Positions 20,421 to 28,636 of a stretch of 64,000 bases of DNA are shown here, in pieces. Origin of the DNA: Lysobacterales bacterium (GTDB lineage: Bacteria > Pseudomonadota > Gammaproteobacteria > Xanthomonadales > Marinicellaceae); contig JALSLV010000008.1 of NCBI GenBank assembly GCA_026988115.1, positions 2,924 through 66,923 of the forward strand, given 5' to 3'. A program made the position numbers and the translations under genes. The notes beneath the pieces were generated by a model that saw nothing but the letters and a program-made list of their open reading frames with translations, had not been told where the DNA came from and did not search any database. Position 1 is the first letter of the stretch, and the number at the start of each line of letters is the position of its first letter.

Positions 20421-22352
20421 ATGTCAGATTTGGATAGAAGAAAATTATTAAAATTAATGGGTTTTGGAACAATGGCAGCTTCTGTGCCAAGCTTAATTTC
20501 ATGCACGACCAAAGAGGCAGGAAGTTCGTCAAAGGCAAAAGCCGCAGCTGCTAGCAAAGATTTTTATGATTTACCGATGACAGGGGATGCACGTATTTTG
20601 CATATCACCGATGTTCACGGTCAGTTGAATCCTGTTTATTTCCGTGAACCCAATGTTAATTTAGGAGTGGGTGATGCCTATGGTCGTCCTCCACATGTGG
20701 TGGGAGAAAACTTCTTAAAGTACATGAATATTCGACCAAACACAGCCGATTCTTATGCCTACACTTATTTAGATTTTGAAAATGCCGCGCCAAAATACGG
20801 CAAAACTGGTGGCTATGCACATATCAAAACCTTACTTGAAAAACTACGTAAACAAGCTGGTGGCAAAGACAAAACCATTACCATTGACGGTGGTGATTTG
20901 TGGCAAGGCTCTGGGACTTCTTTATGGACACGTGGTGTCGATATGGTTGAAGCCTCTAACATCATGGGATTGGATGTCATGGTTGGGCATTGGGAATTTA
21001 CCTACAAAGAAAATGAAGTGTTAAGTAATGTTGCTTTGTTTAAAGGGGATTTTATAGGTCAAAATGTTCGCGTGAAAGAAGATTCATTAATGGATGATAA
21101 TTATGAAAAATTAGTGGAACAATACGACGGACGAGGTCTTTATGACGAAGACGAAGGTTATGCTTTTCAACCTTATGTGATTAAAGTCATAAATGGCAAA
21201 CGCATTTGCATCGTAGGGCAAGCTTTTCCTCGCACTGGCAATGCCAATCCCAAAGAGTTTTTCCCTGACTGGTCCTTTGGCTTGCGCGAAGATGACATGA
21301 TTGAACTGGTTGAGCGAATCCGTGAAGAAGAAAAACCCGATGCTGTGGTTTTACTCTCGCACAACGGTATGGATGTAGATATTAAAATGGCAGAACGCAT
21401 TCCTGGTTTAAATGCGGTTTTTGGTGGCCACACCCATGATGGCATGCCCAAACCAATCAAAGTTAAAAATGTTTCAGGCAATACCTGTTTAGTCACCAAT
21501 GCAGGCTCAAATGGAAAGTACGTTGGGGTGATGGATTTTGATTTCTCAAAAGGTCAAGTCGACATGACTTATACCATGTTCCCAATTATTACCAACCGAT
21601 TGCCTGCTGATAAAGAAATGCAGGCTTATATCGATCAAATGCGTCAAACAAAATACGATGAAAACATCGTTGAATCGCGCAACAGGGAACGTTTTTATAA
21701 CCCAATCCGTTTGGGTAAAACATTTGAAGAAATTTTAAGTGAAAAACTCGCCATAGCCGATAGATTGCTTTATCGTCGTGGTAACTTTATGGGCACATGG
21801 GACCAAATACTTTGTAATGCACTGCGTGAAGAATACGGCGCTGATGTTGCCATGTCCGCAGGTGTGCGCTGGGGCACGACCACCTTAAAAGGCGAGTGGA
21901 TTACCATGGAAGATGTTATGGCACAATGTTCCATGACTTATGGCGAAACCTACATGGCAGAATTTACAGGCGAAGAACTATTGCGCACCATTGAAAGCGT
22001 TGCGGACAATTTATTTGATGAAGACCCTTATTTGCAATCAGGTGGTGACATGGTCAGATTGGGTGGTATGGATTACACTATTGAACCATCAAAACCTTTA
22101 GGGCAACGCATTACCGAAGCTCGATTAGATAATGGCGAATTGATTCAAAAAGACAAAAAATACAAAATTGCAGGCTGGGCAAGTGTTAACCAATCACCCA
22201 AAGGCCGCTTAATGTGGGATGTGGTTCGCGATTATATTGTTGCCAACAAAGGCAAAGACAACGTCTTGAAATTACCAAAAATCAACCACCCTAAGTTAGT
22301 TGGTGTTAGTGCCAACCCAGGGATTGCGGATTACCCTGGTAAAATGAGTTAG
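20421..22352 (+). CDS. soxB: SoxB-like thiosulfohydrolase (metallophosphoesterase/5'-nucleotidase fold) with Tat signal
   Basis: The ORF starts at 20388, but I prefer the ATG at 20421 (MSDLDRRKLLKLMGFG, twin-arginine). Metallophosphoesterase motifs are ITDVHGQ, GGDLWQGSG, GHWEF, LSHNGMDVD and GGHTHD. LYRRGNFMGT matches my memory of SoxB. Confidence 0.7.
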   Translation: MSDLDRRKLLKLMGFGTMAASVPSLISCTTKEAGSSSKAKAAAASKDFYDLPMTGDARILHITDVHGQLNPVYFREPNVNLGVGDAYGRPPHVVGENFLKYMNIRPNTADSYAYTYLDFENAAPKYGKTGGYAHIKTLLEKLRKQAGGKDKTITIDGGDLWQGSGTSLWTRGVDMVEASNIMGLDVMVGHWEFTYKENEVLSNVALFKGDFIGQNVRVKEDSLMDDNYEKLVEQYDGRGLYDEDEGYAFQPYVIKVINGKRICIVGQAFPRTGNANPKEFFPDWSFGLREDDMIELVERIREEEKPDAVVLLSHNGMDVDIKMAERIPGLNAVFGGHTHDGMPKPIKVKNVSGNTCLVTNAGSNGKYVGVMDFDFSKGQVDMTYTMFPIITNRLPADKEMQAYIDQMRQTKYDENIVESRNRERFYNPIRLGKTFEEILSEKLAIADRLLYRRGNFMGTWDQILCNALREEYGADVAMSAGVRWGTTTLKGEWITMEDVMAQCSMTYGETYMAEFTGEELLRTIESVADNLFDEDPYLQSGGDMVRLGGMDYTIEPSKPLGQRITEARLDNGELIQKDKKYKIAGWASVNQSPKGRLMWDVVRDYIVANKGKDNVLKLPKINHPKLVGVSANPGIADYPGKMS

Positions 22353-22366
22353 TATTTTCAAAGACC

Positions 22367-22701
22367 TAAAAAACCTGAAGAGTTAACACCCAATTCTGGG
22401 GGCAGGACTTTAGTCCTGCATTTTATTTCATTTATTGGTAATAAATAGAATTATATGGCTTCGGTTTATATCTATGAGAGGAAATCCCACCTTACTATGA
22501 AACCAGCAAAAAATGGTGTGCTAAAATTCTGTTTTGTTGAAGTTTTGATGATAAAGATTGATTTGATTTATGAAAACTTAGAGATAAAAAAACGCGACTA
22601 AAGTCACGACCCCTGTTTTGTTTAGGAGTTTGTTTGAGGCGGCTAAAAACCATCTAACCATTTGATTTCACATAGAGACATAAAAAACCTGAAGAGTTAA
22701 C
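22367..22701. repeat. about 314-bp non-coding insert flanked by a perfect 21-bp direct repeat
   Basis: TAAAAAACCTGAAGAGTTAAC occurs at 22367-22387 and again at 22681-22701. The interior carries two GACTTTAGTC-type half hairpins in opposite orientation (22399-22419, 22594-22613). It also carries one ATTTCACATAGAG motif (22665-22677). Confidence 0.6.
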
Positions 22702-22712
22702 GGCTCTTCAGG
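22681..22712 (-). terminator. rho-independent terminator of pdxJ
   Basis: CCTGAAGAG-ttaacgg-CTCTTCAGG is a 9-bp stem 6 nt after the pdxJ stop. A TTTTTT run follows it on the minus strand. Confidence 0.7.
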
Positions 22713-22717
22713 TTAAG

Positions 22718-23452
22718 TTATGCTGAGTTATTGCAAATATCCAAATACTTTTTTATAACCGTTGGCATGCCTTTCTCAATACACTCGATGGTCAACACAT
22801 GTCCAATTGAGACCTCAAGAATGGCTGGAATGGTAAGAAAGGTGGCTAAATTTTGCGAATCTAAATCATGTCCTGCATTAACACCCAATCCAAGTTGCTG
22901 TGCTTTTCTTGCAGCTATTTGGTACTTTTGTAAAATCATTTCTTGTTCTTTAGTGCCATAAAATGAAGCAAACTCTTCGGTATACAATTCAATTCTATCC
23001 ACGCCTGTTTGTGCGACCAGTTCGACTTGATGCACCTCAGAATCTAAAAAAACCGCACTGCGCACACCATAACCACCAATCTCAAGAGCCAATTCGCTAA
23101 TACGTTTTTGGTGTTTAGTCATATCCCAGCCGTGATCGGATGTTACTTGATTAACGCCATCGGGAACAAGTGTGCATTGGTCGGGTTTGGTATCGCGAAT
23201 AATTTTTAAAAAATCAGCCGCTGGATAGCCCTCGATATTGTATTCCACATCAGGGAAATCTTGCAAGAATTCAGCCAATTCATAGGCGTCTTTAACCGTG
23301 ATATGGCGTTCATCTTGTCGTGGATGCACAGTAATGCCATGCACACCTAAATCAATAAACTTTTTTGCAAAGTTAATGACATTGGGAAAGTCCCTGCCAC
23401 GAGAATTACGCAACAACGCTATTTTATTTACATTAACACTTAATTGAGTCAT
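22718..23452 (-). CDS. pdxJ: pyridoxine 5'-phosphate synthase
   Basis: 244 aa with N-terminal LSVNVNKIALLRNSRG, HPRQDERH, and EVSIGH near the C-terminus. Confidence 0.9.
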   Translation of the reverse strand: MTQLSVNVNKIALLRNSRGRDFPNVINFAKKFIDLGVHGITVHPRQDERHITVKDAYELAEFLQDFPDVEYNIEGYPAADFLKIIRDTKPDQCTLVPDGVNQVTSDHGWDMTKHQKRISELALEIGGYGVRSAVFLDSEVHQVELVAQTGVDRIELYTEEFASFYGTKEQEMILQKYQIAARKAQQLGLGVNAGHDLDSQNLATFLTIPAILEVSIGHVLTIECIEKGMPTVIKKYLDICNNSA

Positions 23453-23675
23453 GACGCTATTTTACCTCTTTTAGAGACCGCTTTGCAACGACTCAAGGTT
23501 CCGTTTTTATCGTTAAACTATTTTATAATGATAAATCTGATTGGATAGAGCATTTATTAATATTGACTTGCTAGTAGACTATATTGTGCTATTTTAAGTG
23601 TTAACTATCAAGAATATCTCAGTAGGTTCAGAATTCATTGTGGAAACATTCAATTTAACTATAAATTGGGTAAAA

Positions 23676-24539
23676 TCATTTTTCTGCACAAATGAGTATT
23701 TGCTCGCCTCCTAAATAACAATATTTATCTGACCAGAATAATATAATATAGGCATTTTTAAACCCTGCTTTTCTTAAATCTTCTAATAACTCCCACCCAA
23801 AAGTATAAAAGCTGAGACAGCCTTTTTTTGAGAGAGGATCACCGTGGTATTCTGGAGTAGTTAAGTGTTTAATTTCACCTTCACTTATTGTTGCACGAAC
23901 TAGATTGCTTTGGCTGTTCAAATCAAAAGGGACAGAGAAAAGTAACTTTCCATTAGGTTTTAAAACCCTAAAAATTTCTTTTAATGCTTTTTTATAATGT
24001 GGAATGTGTTCAAAACAATCAAACGAAAGAACATAATTAAAAATACCGCTATTAAAGCTCAGCATGGTTAGGTCTTGGTGTTGGATTCTAATTGGAAAGT
24101 ATTTAAATAATAACTTTATTTTATGCATCAAAGTGTCATTTTCAAAATACTCACTGCCAACAACATTGTCTTATTTATTATTCGTCCACTTCGCTAATAA
24201 ACTAACCTGTTCAGTCATGTATATTTTATCTCTTGATTGGGGTTTAAATAAAGTTTCAAAAATATGAATACAACCTCTAACTCTATTGTTCAATTTTGTT
24301 TTGTTGCAGATTAACCTCTCTCTAAGGTTAAGTTCATTGCCATTTGAATAAAGAGTATCTACCAAAAATTTACTGTTAGATTTTGCAGTCCAAGAATAGC
24401 CATCGATATAAAACTGTTTAAGTGTTTTTATTTTTTGATTGAGTTTAAAATCAATACCTTGTAACACTTTTATTTGTTTATTTTTTTTTTGTAAGTGAGA
24501 TTGATACTCTTTAAAATTAGAAATTCTGTTAATATGCAT
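23676..24539 (-). pseudogene. class I SAM-dependent methyltransferase interrupted by a single in-frame TAA
   Basis: ORFs 24171..24539 and 23676..24131 are in the same frame. One TAA at 24173..24171 separates them (..LLAKWTNNK * DNVVGSEYFENDT..). The downstream part has the Methyltransf_11-like FDCFEHIPHYKKALKEIFRVLKPNGKLLFSVPF. Confidence 0.6.
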
Positions 24540-24635
24540 AATTTTTAATACCTGAACTTATTTTATCTGGATTATCAGTTTTAACCGATAAATTTGGTTT
24601 ATTTTTAATTCGTTATATTGTGGCAAAACATCACT

Positions 24636-24797
24636 AGGAGCCTGTCCGAGAACAGAAAATTTATTCCAGAAAACCTGGATTTGTGCTATTTTTCGCTTTT
24701 TATCGGCAAATAGCGGGGCTATTCTTCTCAAAAAACCAAAAAATAGCCCTAAACCCAGCTTCTCTTCATAACGATTCCTGTTCTCGGACAAGCTCCT
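24636..24797. repeat. 20-bp inverted repeat bracketing about 120 bp downstream of the permease gene
   Basis: AGGAGCCTGTCCGAGAACAG at 24636-24655 matches CTGTTCTCGGACAAGCTCCT at 24778-24797 in 19 of 20 positions. The single mismatch would be a G-U pair in a minus-strand transcript. Confidence 0.6.
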
Positions 24798-24829
24798 AAT
24801 CTTTCTCACTTATCAAGCACCTGCCATTT

Positions 24830-26131
24830 TTATGTTCGTGAACGATTAGAGACAAAATACAACAGCACACCCAAGACTATCACGCCTAGGCTCATTAACG
24901 CTTCTTGGGGTTTTTCGATAATAATGTAAGTAAGTGTCCATCCCATTAAACACAAATACAAAATCGGGGTTATTGGGTAAAGCCATGTTTTGTAAGGTCG
25001 TGGTAAGTCTGGTTGTGTTTTGCGCAAGACGATAACACCGAGCACAGTGGCAAAATTACTAACGCCCAAGGTGAAGCCTGCAAACACCAATATAAATTTA
25101 AAAGAAGAGGTTAAAACAAATAAAATAGCCAGTGCCGATTGCAGAATAATGGCATTAACGGGTATATCATTTTTGTTTGTTTTTGCTAATTTTTTGAAGA
25201 CGGGGTAATCTTGCCCAATAGCTTGAAAGGCTCGTGGACCTGCCATGGTCATGGCACTAACGGTGGAGATAAAGATAACCGACAAACTCAAGGCTAAAAT
25301 TGTTGCGCCTTTTTCTCCAAACACATAATCCGCTGCAATATAGGCAAACTTTTCATTGCCAGCCATCTGATTTATTGGAGCGGTATAAAGAAAGATAAAA
25401 TTCAACAAAACATAAAGAACGGTTACCGTTAACGTGCCGATTAATAACACTTTGGGCAAGCTCTTTTGTGGGTTTTCAATTTCACTGGAAATATAAGTAG
25501 CAGAATTCCATCCCATGTAAGAATAATTCACATAAATCAGTGAAACAGCAAAACTGCTGGAAAAAACAACATTAAGGTCACTTGCTTGAGGTAAAAAAGA
25601 AATGCCTTGTGGGGCATCCACCGTAAAAAAAGCCAGAAGGCTAAAACCGACAATCAACAAAAGCTTAAACAATGTCATGAGTTGGTGAAAGCCACCGCTG
25701 TTTTTGTGGTTGCTGATGTGAATGGCTGTTAATAACACGATTAATCCAACCGCTAAGAATTGACTATTCAGCGCAGGAAATACTTGCGTCATGTAAGTAG
25801 CAAAAAGAATCGAAACCAGAGCCACAGGTGCTGCAAAACCAATAGCCACTGACACCCAGCCAGTAACAAATCCAAGCATGGGGTGATAAATACGACTCAA
25901 AAAATTATACTCGCCACCCGAACGAGGTAAAGCCGCTCCGAGTTCGGCATAACTCAAAGCACCAAACAAAGCCGTCAAGCCACCAACAGTCCACAGCAAC
26001 AAAATTACAAAAGGCGATTGAATATCAAGTAATTGAAAACCCAAAGAGGCAAAAACACCCGTGCCAATCATGTTGGCAATAATGACCGATGTGGCGGAAC
26101 GTGCGGTGTATTTCTTTTGTGGTGTTGCCAC
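24830..26131 (-). CDS. APC superfamily amino acid permease
   Basis: 433 aa with about 12 TM helices. The N-terminus (SVIIANMIGTGVFASLG) is typical of the APC family. Confidence 0.8.
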   Translation of the reverse strand: MATPQKKYTARSATSVIIANMIGTGVFASLGFQLLDIQSPFVILLLWTVGGLTALFGALSYAELGAALPRSGGEYNFLSRIYHPMLGFVTGWVSVAIGFAAPVALVSILFATYMTQVFPALNSQFLAVGLIVLLTAIHISNHKNSGGFHQLMTLFKLLLIVGFSLLAFFTVDAPQGISFLPQASDLNVVFSSSFAVSLIYVNYSYMGWNSATYISSEIENPQKSLPKVLLIGTLTVTVLYVLLNFIFLYTAPINQMAGNEKFAYIAADYVFGEKGATILALSLSVIFISTVSAMTMAGPRAFQAIGQDYPVFKKLAKTNKNDIPVNAIILQSALAILFVLTSSFKFILVFAGFTLGVSNFATVLGVIVLRKTQPDLPRPYKTWLYPITPILYLCLMGWTLTYIIIEKPQEALMSLGVIVLGVLLYFVSNRSRT

Positions 26132-26181
26132 TGATAAACTCCTAAGCTATGATACCAACCCTATCTTAACATTTTTTTACT

Positions 26182-26589
26182 ATGCAACAATACAAACTTG
26201 AAATTCAAACCCAAGGGCGTGGTTATTCAATTATCACTGCGCAAATTGAACAGTCCATCGAAATTGCAGAAATAAAAGTGGGTTTATTACACGTGTTTTT
26301 ACAACACTCCAGTGCCAGTCTAACCATCAATGAAAATGCTGACCCAACCGTACGCGAAGATTTCAAAAATTTTGAAGAAAAACTGGTGCCACGTAACTTT
26401 CCCTATCGGCATAATTACGAAGGCGATGATGACATGCCAGCCCATATAAAATCCTCCCTTTTTGGCTGCCAACTGACTATTCCCATCGCAAATGGTCGCC
26501 TAGCCTTAGGAACATGGCAAGGCATTTACTTAAACGAACACCGCGATTATCCTCATACGAGAAGATTGGTTTTAACGGTAAGTGGTTAG
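26182..26589 (+). CDS. yjbQ: YjbQ/UPF0047 family protein (secondary thiamine-phosphate synthase-like)
   Basis: 135 aa with HTSASLTINENADP-like HSSASLTINENADPTV and DDMPAHIKSSL. Confidence 0.8.
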   Translation: MQQYKLEIQTQGRGYSIITAQIEQSIEIAEIKVGLLHVFLQHSSASLTINENADPTVREDFKNFEEKLVPRNFPYRHNYEGDDDMPAHIKSSLFGCQLTIPIANGRLALGTWQGIYLNEHRDYPHTRRLVLTVSG

Positions 26590-26716
26590 GACTTAAAAAA
26601 TCGGCATAGCAAATTGGTCTGCAAGCCACAAACCCATTGGTAAGTGGGATTTATCCAACTAAAAACCTAATAAAGTTACAAAGCGTCGGTTAAAACCAAC
26701 AATCCAGCAATGAGTT

Positions 26717-27091
26717 CTAAAAATAATTAATATAAACAACACTCGCCCATGTGCCAACGACCAGTATTTGCCCTAAAAAAACAGCTGCAGAACCCATGTC
26801 TTTGGCGCGTTTGGCGAGGTCGTGGTATTTTTCTCCACAAACCATATCAACCACCGCTTCGATGGCAGAGTTGAGGATTTCGATGATTAACACCATCAAC
26901 AATACCGAAAGTAACAGCAATAATTGCATTGGTGATTGTGCTAAATATATTGCACAGGGTGTTAAAATTAAGGCAAGATAAACTTCTAAACGAAAAGATG
27001 CTTCGTGTTTGAACGATGCTTTTAATCCTTGCATTGACCATAAAAAGGCCGCATAGATTTGTTTGATTCCCCTGCGTTGTTTGCTTGCCAT
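26717..27091 (-). CDS. dgkA: diacylglycerol kinase
   Basis: The ORF extends to 27145, but I prefer the ATG at 27091 (MASKQRRGIKQ..). That start avoids overlap with gcvPB and gives about 124 aa. It has DgkA-like EILNSAIEAVVD and three TM helices. Confidence 0.8.
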   Translation of the reverse strand: MASKQRRGIKQIYAAFLWSMQGLKASFKHEASFRLEVYLALILTPCAIYLAQSPMQLLLLLSVLLMVLIIEILNSAIEAVVDMVCGEKYHDLAKRAKDMGSAAVFLGQILVVGTWASVVYINYF

Positions 27092-27092
27092 T

Positions 27093-28562
27093 TTATGCTT
27101 CTTCTTGCCACACAAGATTGGGTTGTTTAACCGCTTTTGCATCATCTAGACGGCGATTTGGTGCGGTATGCGGTGCTTGCTTTATTGGCTCAATATCATC
27201 TGTTGCTTGTTTGAGAATATCCGCCATCGCTGCCACAAACTTATCAATGGTTTGTTTGGATTCTGTTTCGGTTGGTTCTATCAACATACATTCTGCCACC
27301 AAAAGTGGAAAGTAAATTGTTGGCGCATGCATGCCATAATCCAATAATGTTTTTGCCACATCGGTTGCGGTTAAACTCAAGTCTTTGGCTTGTTTTTTCA
27401 AGGTGACAATAAACTCATGGCTGGCACGGCGGTTAGGAAATGCCAACTGAAACCCTACTCGCTCTAATTCTTTCATTAAATAATTAGCATTTAAAGTGGC
27501 AAATTCAGCGATGCGAGGCATGCCTTCTTTGCCCAACATAAGGGCATAGATATAAGCACGCAGATTAACCCCAACATTGCCCGCAAAGGCTGATAGTCTG
27601 CCAATGGTTTTGGGTGCTTGTTTTTCATCAACATAATGGTAACCATTTTGGTCTTTACCCACATAAGGAATCGGCATATAAGGCACCAGGCGTTTACCAA
27701 CACCAATGGCTCCAGAACCTGGTCCACCGCCACCGTGAGGTGTTGAGAAGGTTTTATGTAAGTTCATGTGAATCACATCAAAGTCCATGTCACCTGGGCG
27801 TACTTTGCCTAGTATGGCATTTAAATTGGCTCCATCGTAATACAGCAAACCGCCTGCTTCGTGAACCAGTTTTGCAATTTCAGTAATATTGGGCTCAAAT
27901 ACACCTAATGTTGATGGATTGGTGAGCATGATACCTGCTGTTTTTGGTCCCAGTAATGGCACCAAATCATGGATATTGATATTGCCATCGCGGTTGGTGC
28001 GAATTTCTTTCACTTTATATCCACACATGATGGCTGTTGCAGGGTTGGTGCCATGAGCAGCATCAGGCACAATGATCTCATCACGCTCTAAATCATTGCG
28101 GTCTTGGTGGTATTTTTTGATCATGGCAATACCTGAAAATTCGCCTTGTGCTCCTGCCATTGGTGTAAGTGAAACCGCTTTCATGCCAGTGACATCTTGT
28201 AAAATCTCTTGCAAATGGTGCATGCAAGATAAAATACCCTGTGACAAGCTTGTTGGTGCATACGGATGGTGATTTAAAAACCCATCACTCATTGCCAAGG
28301 AGTTGCAGACCCGTGGATTGTATTTCATTGTGCATGATCCCAATGGATAAAAATGCGTATCAATGGAAAAGTTTTTCTGGCTTAAACGGGTGTAATGCCT
28401 CACCACATCAAGCTCACTTACTTCGGGCAAACCAAGTTTTGTTTGCCTTTGTAATTCTTTGGGAATATTGACGGAATCAATTGCCTCCGTTGGGGCTTGT
28501 GCAAAGGCTTGACGACCTGCTTTTGATTGTTCAAATATCAGCATGGTATTAACGTTGTCCAC
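27093..28562 (-). CDS. gcvPB: glycine dehydrogenase (aminomethyl-transferring) subunit 2
   Basis: 489 aa with the PLP-lysine region [16 protein letters not shown]. Overall it resembles the P-protein C-terminal subunit. Confidence 0.9.
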   Translation of the reverse strand: MDNVNTMLIFEQSKAGRQAFAQAPTEAIDSVNIPKELQRQTKLGLPEVSELDVVRHYTRLSQKNFSIDTHFYPLGSCTMKYNPRVCNSLAMSDGFLNHHPYAPTSLSQGILSCMHHLQEILQDVTGMKAVSLTPMAGAQGEFSGIAMIKKYHQDRNDLERDEIIVPDAAHGTNPATAIMCGYKVKEIRTNRDGNINIHDLVPLLGPKTAGIMLTNPSTLGVFEPNITEIAKLVHEAGGLLYYDGANLNAILGKVRPGDMDFDVIHMNLHKTFSTPHGGGGPGSGAIGVGKRLVPYMPIPYVGKDQNGYHYVDEKQAPKTIGRLSAFAGNVGVNLRAYIYALMLGKEGMPRIAEFATLNANYLMKELERVGFQLAFPNRRASHEFIVTLKKQAKDLSLTATDVAKTLLDYGMHAPTIYFPLLVAECMLIEPTETESKQTIDKFVAAMADILKQATDDIEPIKQAPHTAPNRRLDDAKAVKQPNLVWQEEA

Positions 28563-28636
28563 GAGGAATAGAAAATAAGAAAGCCTAAATTTTACAAGAC
28601 CATGGCTTAGAAATATAGCCTTATGATTAAGTCAGC

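Noticed and set aside
24558-24809. 83-aa minus-strand ORF
   Set aside because: It spans the 20-bp inverted repeat and its internal hairpin. It has no recognisable motif or RBS and is most likely a repeat-derived ORF.
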